Below, one piece after another: positions 1-8,694 of a stretch of DNA of 64,000 nucleotides. Both the position numbers and the translations under genes were made by a program. Within the stretch, counting starts at the first letter, position 1; each line of letters opens with the position of its first letter. Source of the stretch: an uncultured Gemmatimonadales bacterium (GTDB lineage Bacteria; Gemmatimonadota; Gemmatimonadetes; Longimicrobiales; RSA9); NCBI GenBank assembly GCA_963798845.1, contig CAWCUS010000001.1, positions 631,850 to 695,849 on the forward strand, read 5' to 3'. The notes below the pieces were generated by a model. That model ran no database searches. It had not been told where the DNA came from and saw only the letters and a program-made list of their open reading frames with translations.

Positions 1-271
1 CCATCGACCCGTCCGGTACCGGTCGGGCGTTGTTCGCAATTAGTGTGGGAACCCAACGGTCCCGTTCCGCCCCCATCGTCGGAAGGGGGCGTTCCCCGCA
101 CAGGGTGGCAGGAACGCCCGTTCGGACCGATGGCGCGCGCACGTATCGGGCGTTCTCCACGCCCCCGCGACGGCCCCGGGCGAACTCACGTCGCGCGCCC
201 GATCTTGCCGGCGCCCCGTTCACTCCCCAGCTTCCGGGCGACCGGATCCGACCCTCATCCCGAGCGCGACG

Positions 272-2200
272 ATGCCCCACTCGAGCCGCTTCGCCACCGC
301 TTCCACCCTCGCGCTGCTCGCCCTCGTGGGCGTGCTTTCCGCCGCCGCAGCAGCGCCGGCCTCCGCCCAGGCGGCCGAAGGCGTGGACACCGCGTACGTG
401 CGCGCCCACTACGACAAGCGCGAGGTCACCATCCCCATGCGCGATGGTGTGCGGCTGTTCACGGCCATCTACACGCCGAAGGACACGACGCGCGGGTACC
501 CGATCCTGCTCTTCCGCACGCCGTACAGCGTGCGGCCGTACGGGGCTGGGGCATACCCGGCCTCGCTGGGCCCGAACGCCGCGTTCACGCGCGACGGCTT
601 CATCTTCGCGTACCAGGACGTGCGCGGTCGCATGATGTCGGAAGGCGACTTCCTCAACATGACGCCGCACGTGGAGGACAAGCGCACCCCCTCGGACGTG
701 GACGAGAGCAGCGACACGTACGACACGATCGAGTGGCTCCTCGCGAACGTCGGGCACCACAACGGGCGCGTGGGCCAGTGGGGGATCAGCTATCCCGGCT
801 TCTACAGCGCCGCCGGTATGATCGATGCCCACCCGGCGCTGGTGGCAGTGTCGCCGCAGGCGCCCATCGCCGACTGGTGGAACGACGATTTCCACCACAA
901 CGGCGCGTTCTGGCTGCCCCACTTCTTCGGCTTCTTCTGGTTCTTCGGCCAGCCCCGGCCGGAGCCCACCGCGCAGTTCCCTGCACCGCTCGATTACGGG
1001 ACGGTGGACGGCTACGCGTTTTACCGTGACCTGGAGCCGCTGGCCGGCGTGAACGAGGACTGGTATCACGACCGCGTCGCGTTCTGGGATTCCATGGTCG
1101 CGCACCCGGACTACGACGCGTTCTGGCAGCGTCGCAACCTGCGGCCGCACCTGAAGCACGTGGCGCCGCACGTCCTCACCGTGGGCGGCTGGTTCGACGC
1201 CGAGGACCTGTTCGGCGCCCTGGCCACGTACCGTTCCGTGGAAGCGCAGAACCCGGGCATCGACAACCGCATCGTCGAGGGGCCCTGGTTCCACGGCGGC
1301 TGGGAGCGGAGCACGGGCCAGCAGCTGGGCGACGCCTGGTTCGACCAGCCCACGTCGGAGTTCTTCCAGGACAGCATCGAGCTGCCCTGGTTCAGGCACT
1401 GGCTCAAGGACGCGCCGGATCCGGGCCTGGCGGAGGCCACCATGTTCGACACGGGCGTCAACCGCTGGCGGCGGTTCGCCGAGTGGACGCCCCCCGCCGC
1501 GGCCGAGCGTGCGCTCTACTTCGCGCCGGACGGCGTGCTGGGGTGGTCGCCTCCCGGTGAGGCGGACGCCTTCGATGAGTGGGTCAGCGATCCGGCGCAC
1601 CCGGTGCCGTTCACCCGCGAGGTGGCGCTCGGGATGACGCGCGAGTACATGACGGAGGACCAGCGCTTCGCCGCGCGCCGCCCGGACGTCGTGGTTTACC
1701 GCACGCCGCCTCTGGAAGAGGACCTGACGCTGGCGGGCCCGCTCGTCGCCGAGCTGTGGGTCTCCACCTCCGGCACGGCCTCGGACTGGATCGTGAAGCT
1801 GGTGGACGAGTTCCCCGGCGACGCCCCCGATACTCCGGCCGCGCGCTCCCGACCCGGATTCCACACCGGCGGCTACCAGATGATGGTGCGCAGCGAAGCC
1901 ATCCGCGGACGCTACCGGAACGACCCGTCGCGACCGGAGCCGTTCCGGCCGAGCGAGCCCACGCGAGTGGCGCTCCCGCTGCAGGATGTGTTGCACACGT
2001 TCAGGCAGGGGCACCGGATCATGGTGCAGGTCCAGAGCACGTGGTTCCCGCTCGTGGACCTGAACCCGCATACCTACGTGCCGAACCTCTACGCCCTGGA
2101 CGCCACCGGCCCCTTCGTGAAGGCGACGCAGCGCGTCTACCGCTCGATCGAGCACCCTTCCCGGCTGGTCCTCCACGTCCTGCCGCCGCCTCAGGACTGA
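272..2200 (+). CDS. Secreted CocE/NonD-family (peptidase S15) Xaa-Pro dipeptidyl-peptidase-like hydrolase
   Basis: 642-aa ORF with an N-terminal signal peptide (LLALVGVLSAAAAAPASAQA). Family-typical N-terminus (VTIPMRDGVRLFTAIYTPKD), GISYPG nucleophile-serine motif and a long C-terminal beta-sandwich-like region. Third codon positions are strongly G/C. Confidence 0.85.
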   Translation: MPHSSRFATASTLALLALVGVLSAAAAAPASAQAAEGVDTAYVRAHYDKREVTIPMRDGVRLFTAIYTPKDTTRGYPILLFRTPYSVRPYGAGAYPASLGPNAAFTRDGFIFAYQDVRGRMMSEGDFLNMTPHVEDKRTPSDVDESSDTYDTIEWLLANVGHHNGRVGQWGISYPGFYSAAGMIDAHPALVAVSPQAPIADWWNDDFHHNGAFWLPHFFGFFWFFGQPRPEPTAQFPAPLDYGTVDGYAFYRDLEPLAGVNEDWYHDRVAFWDSMVAHPDYDAFWQRRNLRPHLKHVAPHVLTVGGWFDAEDLFGALATYRSVEAQNPGIDNRIVEGPWFHGGWERSTGQQLGDAWFDQPTSEFFQDSIELPWFRHWLKDAPDPGLAEATMFDTGVNRWRRFAEWTPPAAAERALYFAPDGVLGWSPPGEADAFDEWVSDPAHPVPFTREVALGMTREYMTEDQRFAARRPDVVVYRTPPLEEDLTLAGPLVAELWVSTSGTASDWIVKLVDEFPGDAPDTPAARSRPGFHTGGYQMMVRSEAIRGRYRNDPSRPEPFRPSEPTRVALPLQDVLHTFRQGHRIMVQVQSTWFPLVDLNPHTYVPNLYALDATGPFVKATQRVYRSIEHPSRLVLHVLPPPQD

Positions 2201-2919
2201 TGCCGAACCGCCTGATCGAAGGCCTGGCGCGCTTCCGGCGCGAAACATTCCCGAAGTACCGTGAGCATTACCGGCGCCTCGTGGAGGAGGGGCAGCGCCC
2301 CACCACGCTCTTCATCGGCTGCGCCGACTCCCGCGTGGTTCCCGACCTGCTCGTGAGCGTCGATCCGGGCGAGCTGTTCATCGTCCGGAACATCGGCGCG
2401 TTCGTCCCGCCTTATGGCGAAAACCCCTGCTTCGACGGAACGGCCGCGGCCATCGAGTTCGCGCTCTTCGAGCTGGACGTCACCGACATCGTGGTATGCG
2501 GCCACTCCCATTGCGGGGCGATACGCGCCCTCTACCAGCCGCCCGGGAAGGAGGCGCCGCACATCCGGAAATGGCTCGAGCTGGGCGCCCGCGCGCGCAT
2601 CGGCCGCGACCCGGTGGAGCGGGACCCCGACCTCGACCAGCCGGCCGGCCGCCAGCCCGACGCCGGCGGCCCGGGCGCCGGAGGCGCCGGCGGCGCCGGC
2701 ACGGCCCGGCCACCTTCGCCGCCCTCCCGCGAGCTGCTCTTCCGCACCGAGCAGCGCTCGGTAGCGGTGCAGCTGACGAGCCTGATGACCTACCCGGCGG
2801 TGCGCGAGCGGGTGGACGCGGGCCGCCTGTCGCTGCACGGCTGGATGTACGTCATCGAGGACGGTCAGGTGCTCGCGCTGGACATGGCGACGCGCAAGTT
2901 CGCACCGCTCGCCGACTGA
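2200..2919 (+). CDS. Beta-class carbonic anhydrase with an internal Gly/Pro/Ala-rich insertion
   Basis: ATG at 2200 overlaps the upstream TGA (TGATG). Shows the beta-CA zinc-ligand context: CADSRV..., VCGHSHCGA, and C-terminal LSLHGWMYVIEDG. The longer tool ORF (1579..) is an in-frame upstream artefact. Confidence 0.85.
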   Translation: MPNRLIEGLARFRRETFPKYREHYRRLVEEGQRPTTLFIGCADSRVVPDLLVSVDPGELFIVRNIGAFVPPYGENPCFDGTAAAIEFALFELDVTDIVVCGHSHCGAIRALYQPPGKEAPHIRKWLELGARARIGRDPVERDPDLDQPAGRQPDAGGPGAGGAGGAGTARPPSPPSRELLFRTEQRSVAVQLTSLMTYPAVRERVDAGRLSLHGWMYVIEDGQVLALDMATRKFAPLAD

Positions 2920-2932
2920 CGCCGGCGCGTGG

Positions 2933-5900
2933 CTAGCCTGCCACCACCCGCACCGCCCGCAGTGCGGCGCCGCCCCCCACGACCTCTCCGCTCCCCTGGA
3001 CGTAGGCGCCGTCAGGACTGAGCTCCCACACCGCCTCATCGTGAAGGACGCCATCCAGAATGGCGCGCAGCCGCTCGCACAGCTCCGCTCTCCGTACCGG
3101 CACGCCCACCTCGACGCGACGCGACAGGTTCCGCGGCCGCCAGTCGGCGGAGCCGATGAAGTATTCGGGCTCCCCCCCATTGGAGAACTCGAAAATGCGA
3201 GCGTGCTGGAGGAGCCGTCCCAGCAGGCTGACGATCCGGATGTTCTCCGAAAGCCCCGGCACACCGGGGCGCAGCGCGCAGATTTCGCGCACCGCGAGCT
3301 CCACCTGCACGCCGGCCTGGGAGGCCTCGTACAGCTTCGAGATCATGCGACGGTCGGCAAGGCCGTTCAGCTGGCCGCGCAGGCCGGCCGGACGCCCCGC
3401 CTTCGCGTGCTCGATCTCGCGGTCGATGAGCTGGAGGAACCGCTGGCGCATGTTGAAGGGCGAGACGAGCAGCTGGTCGAAGTCGCCCGTGGCGGAATAG
3501 CCGGTGAGGATGTTGAAGACCCCCTGCAGCTCCTCGCCGATGCCCTGGTCCGCCGTGAGGAGCGCCACGTCGGTGTACGTCCTCGCCGTGGCCGCGTTCA
3601 GGTTCCCCGTGCCGATGTAGCTGTAGCGGACCAGCCGCTCCCCTTCCCTGCGCACGACCAGCCCGGCCTTCGCGTGCACCTTGTACTTGAGCGGGCTGAA
3701 GACCACGTGGATCCCCGCCGCCGACAGCGACTTGGCCCACGCGATGTTCTGCTGCTCGTCGAAGCTGGCCTTGATCTCGATCAGGGCCACGGCGTCCTTG
3801 CCCAGCTCCCTCGCCCTGGACAGCGACTGCACGATCTCGGACGATGTGTCGGTGCGGTAGAGCGTAACCTTGAGCGCGACCACGTCCGGATCCTCCGCGG
3901 CCTCCCGGATGAAGCGCTCGGCGCTCGAGTTGAAGTCGTCGTGCGGGAAGTACACCAGCCGATCCGCCTCCGCGAGCAGGTCGAACACCGGCCGCCCCGG
4001 GTCGAGCGGCTTCGACCGCTTCAAGGGCGGGAAGCGGGCCTCGCCCTCCACGTCGAGGTCGGCGATCTCCTCCAGCGCCGCCAGGTCGATGAGCCCGTCC
4101 ACGACGTACACATCCTGAGGACCGAGCCACCACGATTCGGCGGGTGACTCGTAGCGCAGCTCGTTCACGATCATCTGGCGGAGTGGACGGGGCATGCGCG
4201 CGTCCACTTCCAGGCGCACGGGGGAGCGGAACGGGCGACGCGCCACGTCCTCCTCCACCGCCTGCAGCACGTCGCCTACCAGGGTCTCTTCGAGCTGGGT
4301 GCGGGCGCTGCGCGTCACGCGGAAGAGGTGTGCGCTCTGGATGGTGAGCCCCGAGTAGAGCTCAGGCAGGCGCGCCACCAGCAGATCCTCCAGCGGCACC
4401 AGGCGGCGTCCGTCTTCGAGCGGGAGGAAACGGGGAAGCTCTCCCGGTAGCTCGACGGCCGTGAAGTGGGCCCGGTCGGACGCAGGCAGCCGCACCACCG
4501 CGCCCACGGCCGGGCGCAGGTTCCGCATGTGCGGGAACGGGTGGCTGGCATCGGCGGCCATGGGCGTGAGCACGACCTCGGCGTCGGCGGCGTACCGCTC
4601 CAGCAGGTAGGCGCGCTCGCCGTCGTCCAGCTCGCGCCAGCGCAGGATCCGCACGCCGCGCTCCGCAAGCGCAGGAAGTAGCCTTCGGCGCAGCAGCCGC
4701 TGCGCGCGGGCGGCCACCTGTCGCGACCGGACCCCGATCAGGTCGAGCTGCTCCTGCGCCGTGAGCCCGTCCATGGTCCGGCGCTGGCCTGGCGCGGCCG
4801 CCTCTTCCTTGAACCCGGCCACCCGGGTCATGAAGAAGTCGTCCTGACGCGTGCCGAACATGGACAGGAAGCGGACCCTCTCCATGAGCGGGGGCTCCTC
4901 CGACTCGGCGAACACCAGGATCCGCTCGTCGAATCCGATCCGGCTCAGCTCCGCGTTGAGAAGGTGCTCCGGCGGAACGTCCTTCCCCGGCGCATACTCG
5001 GGCAAAGGCATCGGCGGCAGCGCCAGCTCGAGCGCTTCCGGCCCCGCGTCGGCCTCTCCGAGCTCCGCCGCCTCTTCGGCGCTCCCCAGGTCCGAGCGCG
5101 CGGCCACCTCGAACGCCGCCAGGGTGCGCGGCTCCCGCAGCGCGCCGCCACCCACCGCTTCCAGCGCTTCGGCAAGCGGCACCCAGACCATCCGCTCGTC
5201 CGTGTCGTCGGGCTGAACCTCGTCCGTGAGCCACACCTCGAGCGCCGGGCGCCCGGGGCCCCCGGGATTCGTGCCGAGCAGCCGCACGCGCGCCCCCGTC
5301 CGCCCCAGCTCCCGCGACACCAGCCGGCGCGCCCCCGCCTCGCCGCTCCCATCGCCGCACGGCACCCGCAGCCCATCCGGCACCCGGCGCAGCGCGACGC
5401 GCCCCATCGCGTACGCGATCACGGCCAGCTCTCTCGCGGCACGCACCTCCCGCTCCAGCGCCTCCACCTCCGCGTCCTCGAGCAGCTCCCGCGCCCTCGT
5501 GGCCGGGTCAGACAGGGTGATGCGGACGCCGGGCTCCTTCTCCAGCGACGCGACCAGCCCGTCCACCTCCGCGTCCTCTCCCGTTGTGAGGGCGAGCTCC
5601 CACAGCGTTCCCGCGAGCTCGTTCCGGCGGACCGTGAGCGTATCGTACGAGAGCACGAGCTCCCGCCCCTCTTCCCCTTCTTCGCCGGCGGTCAGCTCGA
5701 CGTGGCGGAGGCGGCAGAGCGTCTCCACCTCGAACGCCGGCTCGAGCCGCGCCGGGTCAATGAGGCCGCGCAGGAGCTCGGCGGCTGCCGAGTCGCCGTG
5801 GAAGACGCTCTCCGGCTCGCCCGGGCCGACTTCGGACTCCTCCACCCGCGCCGGACCCTCCCCCTCGCCGGTGCTCCGGATGTCGACGCGCAGCGCGCGC

Positions 5901-6100
5901 CCGCCGTCGGCGCGGTAGCGGAGCCGCACGGCGGCGGGCTTGAGGCCCAGCTCCCCGCCCGGCGTGTCGTAGTAGACGTCTCGGAAAACCTCGATGGACC
6001 GCCTCTCGCTGCGTGCGGCCATCGCGAGCGGCGCCCGGGCCAGGCGGTCGAGGAGATCGCCGCTCGGGACCTCCAGCCGGATCGTGCGCGTGCCGCCCAT
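2933..6100 (-). CDS. ppk: Polyphosphate kinase 1 with a ~375-aa N-terminal extension (CYTH-like domain plus degenerate Nudix-like segment)
   Basis: PPK1 core is recognisable from about aa 378 (LNAELSRIGFDERILVFAESEEPPLMERVRFLSMFGTRQDDFFMTRVAGFK ... HAKAGLVVRREGERLVRYSYIGTGNLN ... IGSADWRPRNLSRRVEV). The N-terminus has CYTH-like strands (FRDVYYDTPGGELGL..VRLRYR..LRVDIRS..VEESEV). I place the start at ATG 6100, which overlaps the upstream TGA (TGATG); the tool ORF extends to 6343. Confidence 0.9.
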   Translation of the reverse strand: MGGTRTIRLEVPSGDLLDRLARAPLAMAARSERRSIEVFRDVYYDTPGGELGLKPAAVRLRYRADGGRALRVDIRSTGEGEGPARVEESEVGPGEPESVFHGDSAAAELLRGLIDPARLEPAFEVETLCRLRHVELTAGEEGEEGRELVLSYDTLTVRRNELAGTLWELALTTGEDAEVDGLVASLEKEPGVRITLSDPATRARELLEDAEVEALEREVRAARELAVIAYAMGRVALRRVPDGLRVPCGDGSGEAGARRLVSRELGRTGARVRLLGTNPGGPGRPALEVWLTDEVQPDDTDERMVWVPLAEALEAVGGGALREPRTLAAFEVAARSDLGSAEEAAELGEADAGPEALELALPPMPLPEYAPGKDVPPEHLLNAELSRIGFDERILVFAESEEPPLMERVRFLSMFGTRQDDFFMTRVAGFKEEAAAPGQRRTMDGLTAQEQLDLIGVRSRQVAARAQRLLRRRLLPALAERGVRILRWRELDDGERAYLLERYAADAEVVLTPMAADASHPFPHMRNLRPAVGAVVRLPASDRAHFTAVELPGELPRFLPLEDGRRLVPLEDLLVARLPELYSGLTIQSAHLFRVTRSARTQLEETLVGDVLQAVEEDVARRPFRSPVRLEVDARMPRPLRQMIVNELRYESPAESWWLGPQDVYVVDGLIDLAALEEIADLDVEGEARFPPLKRSKPLDPGRPVFDLLAEADRLVYFPHDDFNSSAERFIREAAEDPDVVALKVTLYRTDTSSEIVQSLSRARELGKDAVALIEIKASFDEQQNIAWAKSLSAAGIHVVFSPLKYKVHAKAGLVVRREGERLVRYSYIGTGNLNAATARTYTDVALLTADQGIGEELQGVFNILTGYSATGDFDQLLVSPFNMRQRFLQLIDREIEHAKAGRPAGLRGQLNGLADRRMISKLYEASQAGVQVELAVREICALRPGVPGLSENIRIVSLLGRLLQHARIFEFSNGGEPEYFIGSADWRPRNLSRRVEVGVPVRRAELCERLRAILDGVLHDEAVWELSPDGAYVQGSGEVVGGGAALRAVRVVAG

Positions 6101-8694
6101 CAGAACGGCATCCCCAGTCCGAGGTAGACGCGGTCCTCTTCGCCCCTCGCCCACACGGCGCTCACCGCAGTGCCGAGCGTCTCGAAATAGACCCCCGCGC
6201 CGCGGCCCAGGTGCCACCCGCCCGGAGACGCACCATCCACGTATACGCGCCCCGCATCCGCCAGGCCGATCACGCCGAGACGCCCCTTCGTCAGCCACAG
6301 GTCGGCCCGGAACAGCGGGATCCGGAGCTCCGCGCCGGCCCACGTGGCCGCCTCCCCGGCGAAGCGCTCCCAGCGATAGCCCCGTACGGTGAGCCGCCCG
6401 CCCAGCCGAGCGGCCGCGTGGAACGGGAAGTCGCCCCAGGCCCGGCTCGCGCCGCCGCGCACCGCGAGCACCGGGCTGGCTCCATCATCCAGCGCGATGG
6501 GCAGAGGCAGGTACGCCGTCGCTGCCACGTCGGCGCTCGCGTGAGGCCCGAAGCGGGGAGCGGCGGCGGGATAGGCGTCCGCATCCACGGCCACGCTGAA
6601 GCCGTGGGTCGGCACGGCCGGGTTGTCCACCCGCCGGAACGACAACCGGCTCCGGACTCCCACCTCGGTGAGCGCGCGGGGCACCGGATCGAGCCTCACG
6701 GCCGGGGCCGCGGAGCCCCCGTCGGACAGCGTGTAGCGCGCGGTGGGGCCGATGTAGGCCTCGACGGAGGGCGTCTCCACCCCGAGCGTCGCCTGGATCT
6801 CCATGCGGTCCTGTCGAACGATCCCGGATCCCGCCGATGCCGGCGCTTCGGAGCTGTTGCCGTATCCGTAGAAGCGTGTGGCCTGGAGCTCGGTCGCCTC
6901 CGCCCTCAGACGCCCGAAGGCCGGGCTGTTCTCCAGGTGCCACACGGCGTCGGCGCGCGCGCCGAAATCCCCCGACCCCATGCCGTACAGCAACCGCAGC
7001 GTGAAGCGGGAAGCGAACGGGTCCCGCCGGAAGCCGTACGTCGTCCACGTCGGGCCGCCGCCCACGACCACGCCTTCCGCCGCGCGGTAGTCCGCCTCGG
7101 GGGTGAACCACGCGACACTGCTGCCCGAGTGCCGGACACGGTCGTTCCCGGTCTCTTTCGCGAACCAGGAGCTCGTGGAAGCCGCGGGCGGGCCGTAAGG
7201 CCTCCGGTCCACGCTCGTCCGCGGGCCCGCCACCACCACGTCCTGTCCACCGGCCGCGTACAGGTACGTGGGGCCGCCGCTCCCCGCATCGTAGAGCGTA
7301 TCGGCGCCGCCCCCCGCCACGACCCGGACCGCGATCCGCTCCGCTCCCGTGCCGCGGACCACCGCCACGTCATCGCCGCCGTGCAGGTCCAGCAGAACCT
7401 CGTGGGTCTCGGCCGGGACGAACACGCGGTGGTACCACGGCACGGCGCCATGGTAGAGCGTGACCTCGAGTGCGCCGCCGTCCCGCCGCAGCAGCTCCGC
7501 ATGCTCCGGCGCATCGGTCGCGTCGATCCTCGCGGCTCCGGCGAGGGCGCGGTAGAAGCGGGCCGAGACGTCCTGGAGGTGGTCGCGGCGCCAGGCCAGG
7601 ACGTGCAGAAGCGTGTCCGCCTGCTCCCGCGGCACTTCCGGCGGCAGCCCTTCGAGCGCCCCGCGGAGCACATCGTCGGTGAGCCCGGCCTGCACGGACG
7701 CCGTGACCGCTTCCCACGCCGCGCGATCCAGCCCCGCCAGGAGTCGCTGGCTGAGCTCCCGATCGTGCCAGAGCAGCCCCTCGATGGAGTGGAACTCGTT
7801 CTTCCACACGGCCAGCTTCGGGAAGAACTCCGCATCGACGAGGCGGGCGAGCACGCCGTCCGCGCTCATCAGCGCCCAGTCCCGGTCGCGGGCGATCGGG
7901 CGCCACCGCGCGCCCCACGCCGCCGGCTCCCTCGCCCACCGCCACTGGTCCCCGCCCCGGTCCGTGTCATTCACCAGGAAATCCACCAGCCGCGACGCCA
8001 GGTACTCCCTCGCGTCCACCCGGTCGTTCGGAGTCTCCTCCAGCAGCTCGAGCAGCCGCTCCGTTCCCACGATCCGGGAGTAGCCGCGCCAGCCGGGCGT
8101 ACCACCCTCCCCCTCGTTCGGCCGCTCCACCAGCAGCCCGAGCATCCCCGCGAACGCGTCCCGGAAACGGCCGAGCCGGGGATCGTCCGGCATCACCCGA
8201 AGCACGCCGGGGACCGCCAGCAGCCCGAGCGCGGCGTTGAGCCGGGGCACCACCAGCCCGGCGAACGGGTGGAAGATGCTGACGTGGTCCTTGAGCAGTG
8301 CCTGGAACGGCGTCCCCACCAGATCCTCGGGGAGGACCTGCACGGGGAACTTGTCCGTGCTCCGGAAGATGAACTCACGGCCGTCCGCCGACTCGAGGTG
8401 GAGCGTCCGGCTCTGGTTGCCTCCCTGCTCGACGGGCACCAGTCCGCCGGCGAAGGTGTCCAGCGCCAGGACCGGTACGCTCACCGAGCGCGTCCACTCC
8501 GCCCGCCGGTTGTCCCCGTTGAAGAAGCGACGGAACGGCCCGGCCGCGTAGCCCGGTTCCGGTGCCACCACTACCGTGTCCCGCTGCGGGGAGGAGCGCG
8601 GGTCGGGCTCGAGCGCTTGCGCGCCGGCGGCAGCGGCGGCCCCGAGCGCCGCGGCCCCCGCAGCGACGGGGACGAACGGGTTCCAGCCCGTCAC
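6100..8694 (-). CDS. Outer-membrane protein with a large unassigned N-terminal domain and a C-terminal Omp85/bacterial-surface-antigen-type beta-barrel
   Basis: GTG at 8694 overlaps the upstream stop (GTGA). Signal peptide (VPVAAGAAALGAAAAAGAQA). The C-terminal ~330 aa have an alternating beta-strand pattern and end in the OMP signature ...VYLGLGMPF (terminal Phe). The tool ORF (to 10038) runs on in frame through the DUF4956 gene region and is not believed. Confidence 0.7.
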   Translation of the reverse strand: MTGWNPFVPVAAGAAALGAAAAAGAQALEPDPRSSPQRDTVVVAPEPGYAAGPFRRFFNGDNRRAEWTRSVSVPVLALDTFAGGLVPVEQGGNQSRTLHLESADGREFIFRSTDKFPVQVLPEDLVGTPFQALLKDHVSIFHPFAGLVVPRLNAALGLLAVPGVLRVMPDDPRLGRFRDAFAGMLGLLVERPNEGEGGTPGWRGYSRIVGTERLLELLEETPNDRVDAREYLASRLVDFLVNDTDRGGDQWRWAREPAAWGARWRPIARDRDWALMSADGVLARLVDAEFFPKLAVWKNEFHSIEGLLWHDRELSQRLLAGLDRAAWEAVTASVQAGLTDDVLRGALEGLPPEVPREQADTLLHVLAWRRDHLQDVSARFYRALAGAARIDATDAPEHAELLRRDGGALEVTLYHGAVPWYHRVFVPAETHEVLLDLHGGDDVAVVRGTGAERIAVRVVAGGGADTLYDAGSGGPTYLYAAGGQDVVVAGPRTSVDRRPYGPPAASTSSWFAKETGNDRVRHSGSSVAWFTPEADYRAAEGVVVGGGPTWTTYGFRRDPFASRFTLRLLYGMGSGDFGARADAVWHLENSPAFGRLRAEATELQATRFYGYGNSSEAPASAGSGIVRQDRMEIQATLGVETPSVEAYIGPTARYTLSDGGSAAPAVRLDPVPRALTEVGVRSRLSFRRVDNPAVPTHGFSVAVDADAYPAAAPRFGPHASADVAATAYLPLPIALDDGASPVLAVRGGASRAWGDFPFHAAARLGGRLTVRGYRWERFAGEAATWAGAELRIPLFRADLWLTKGRLGVIGLADAGRVYVDGASPGGWHLGRGAGVYFETLGTAVSAVWARGEEDRVYLGLGMPF

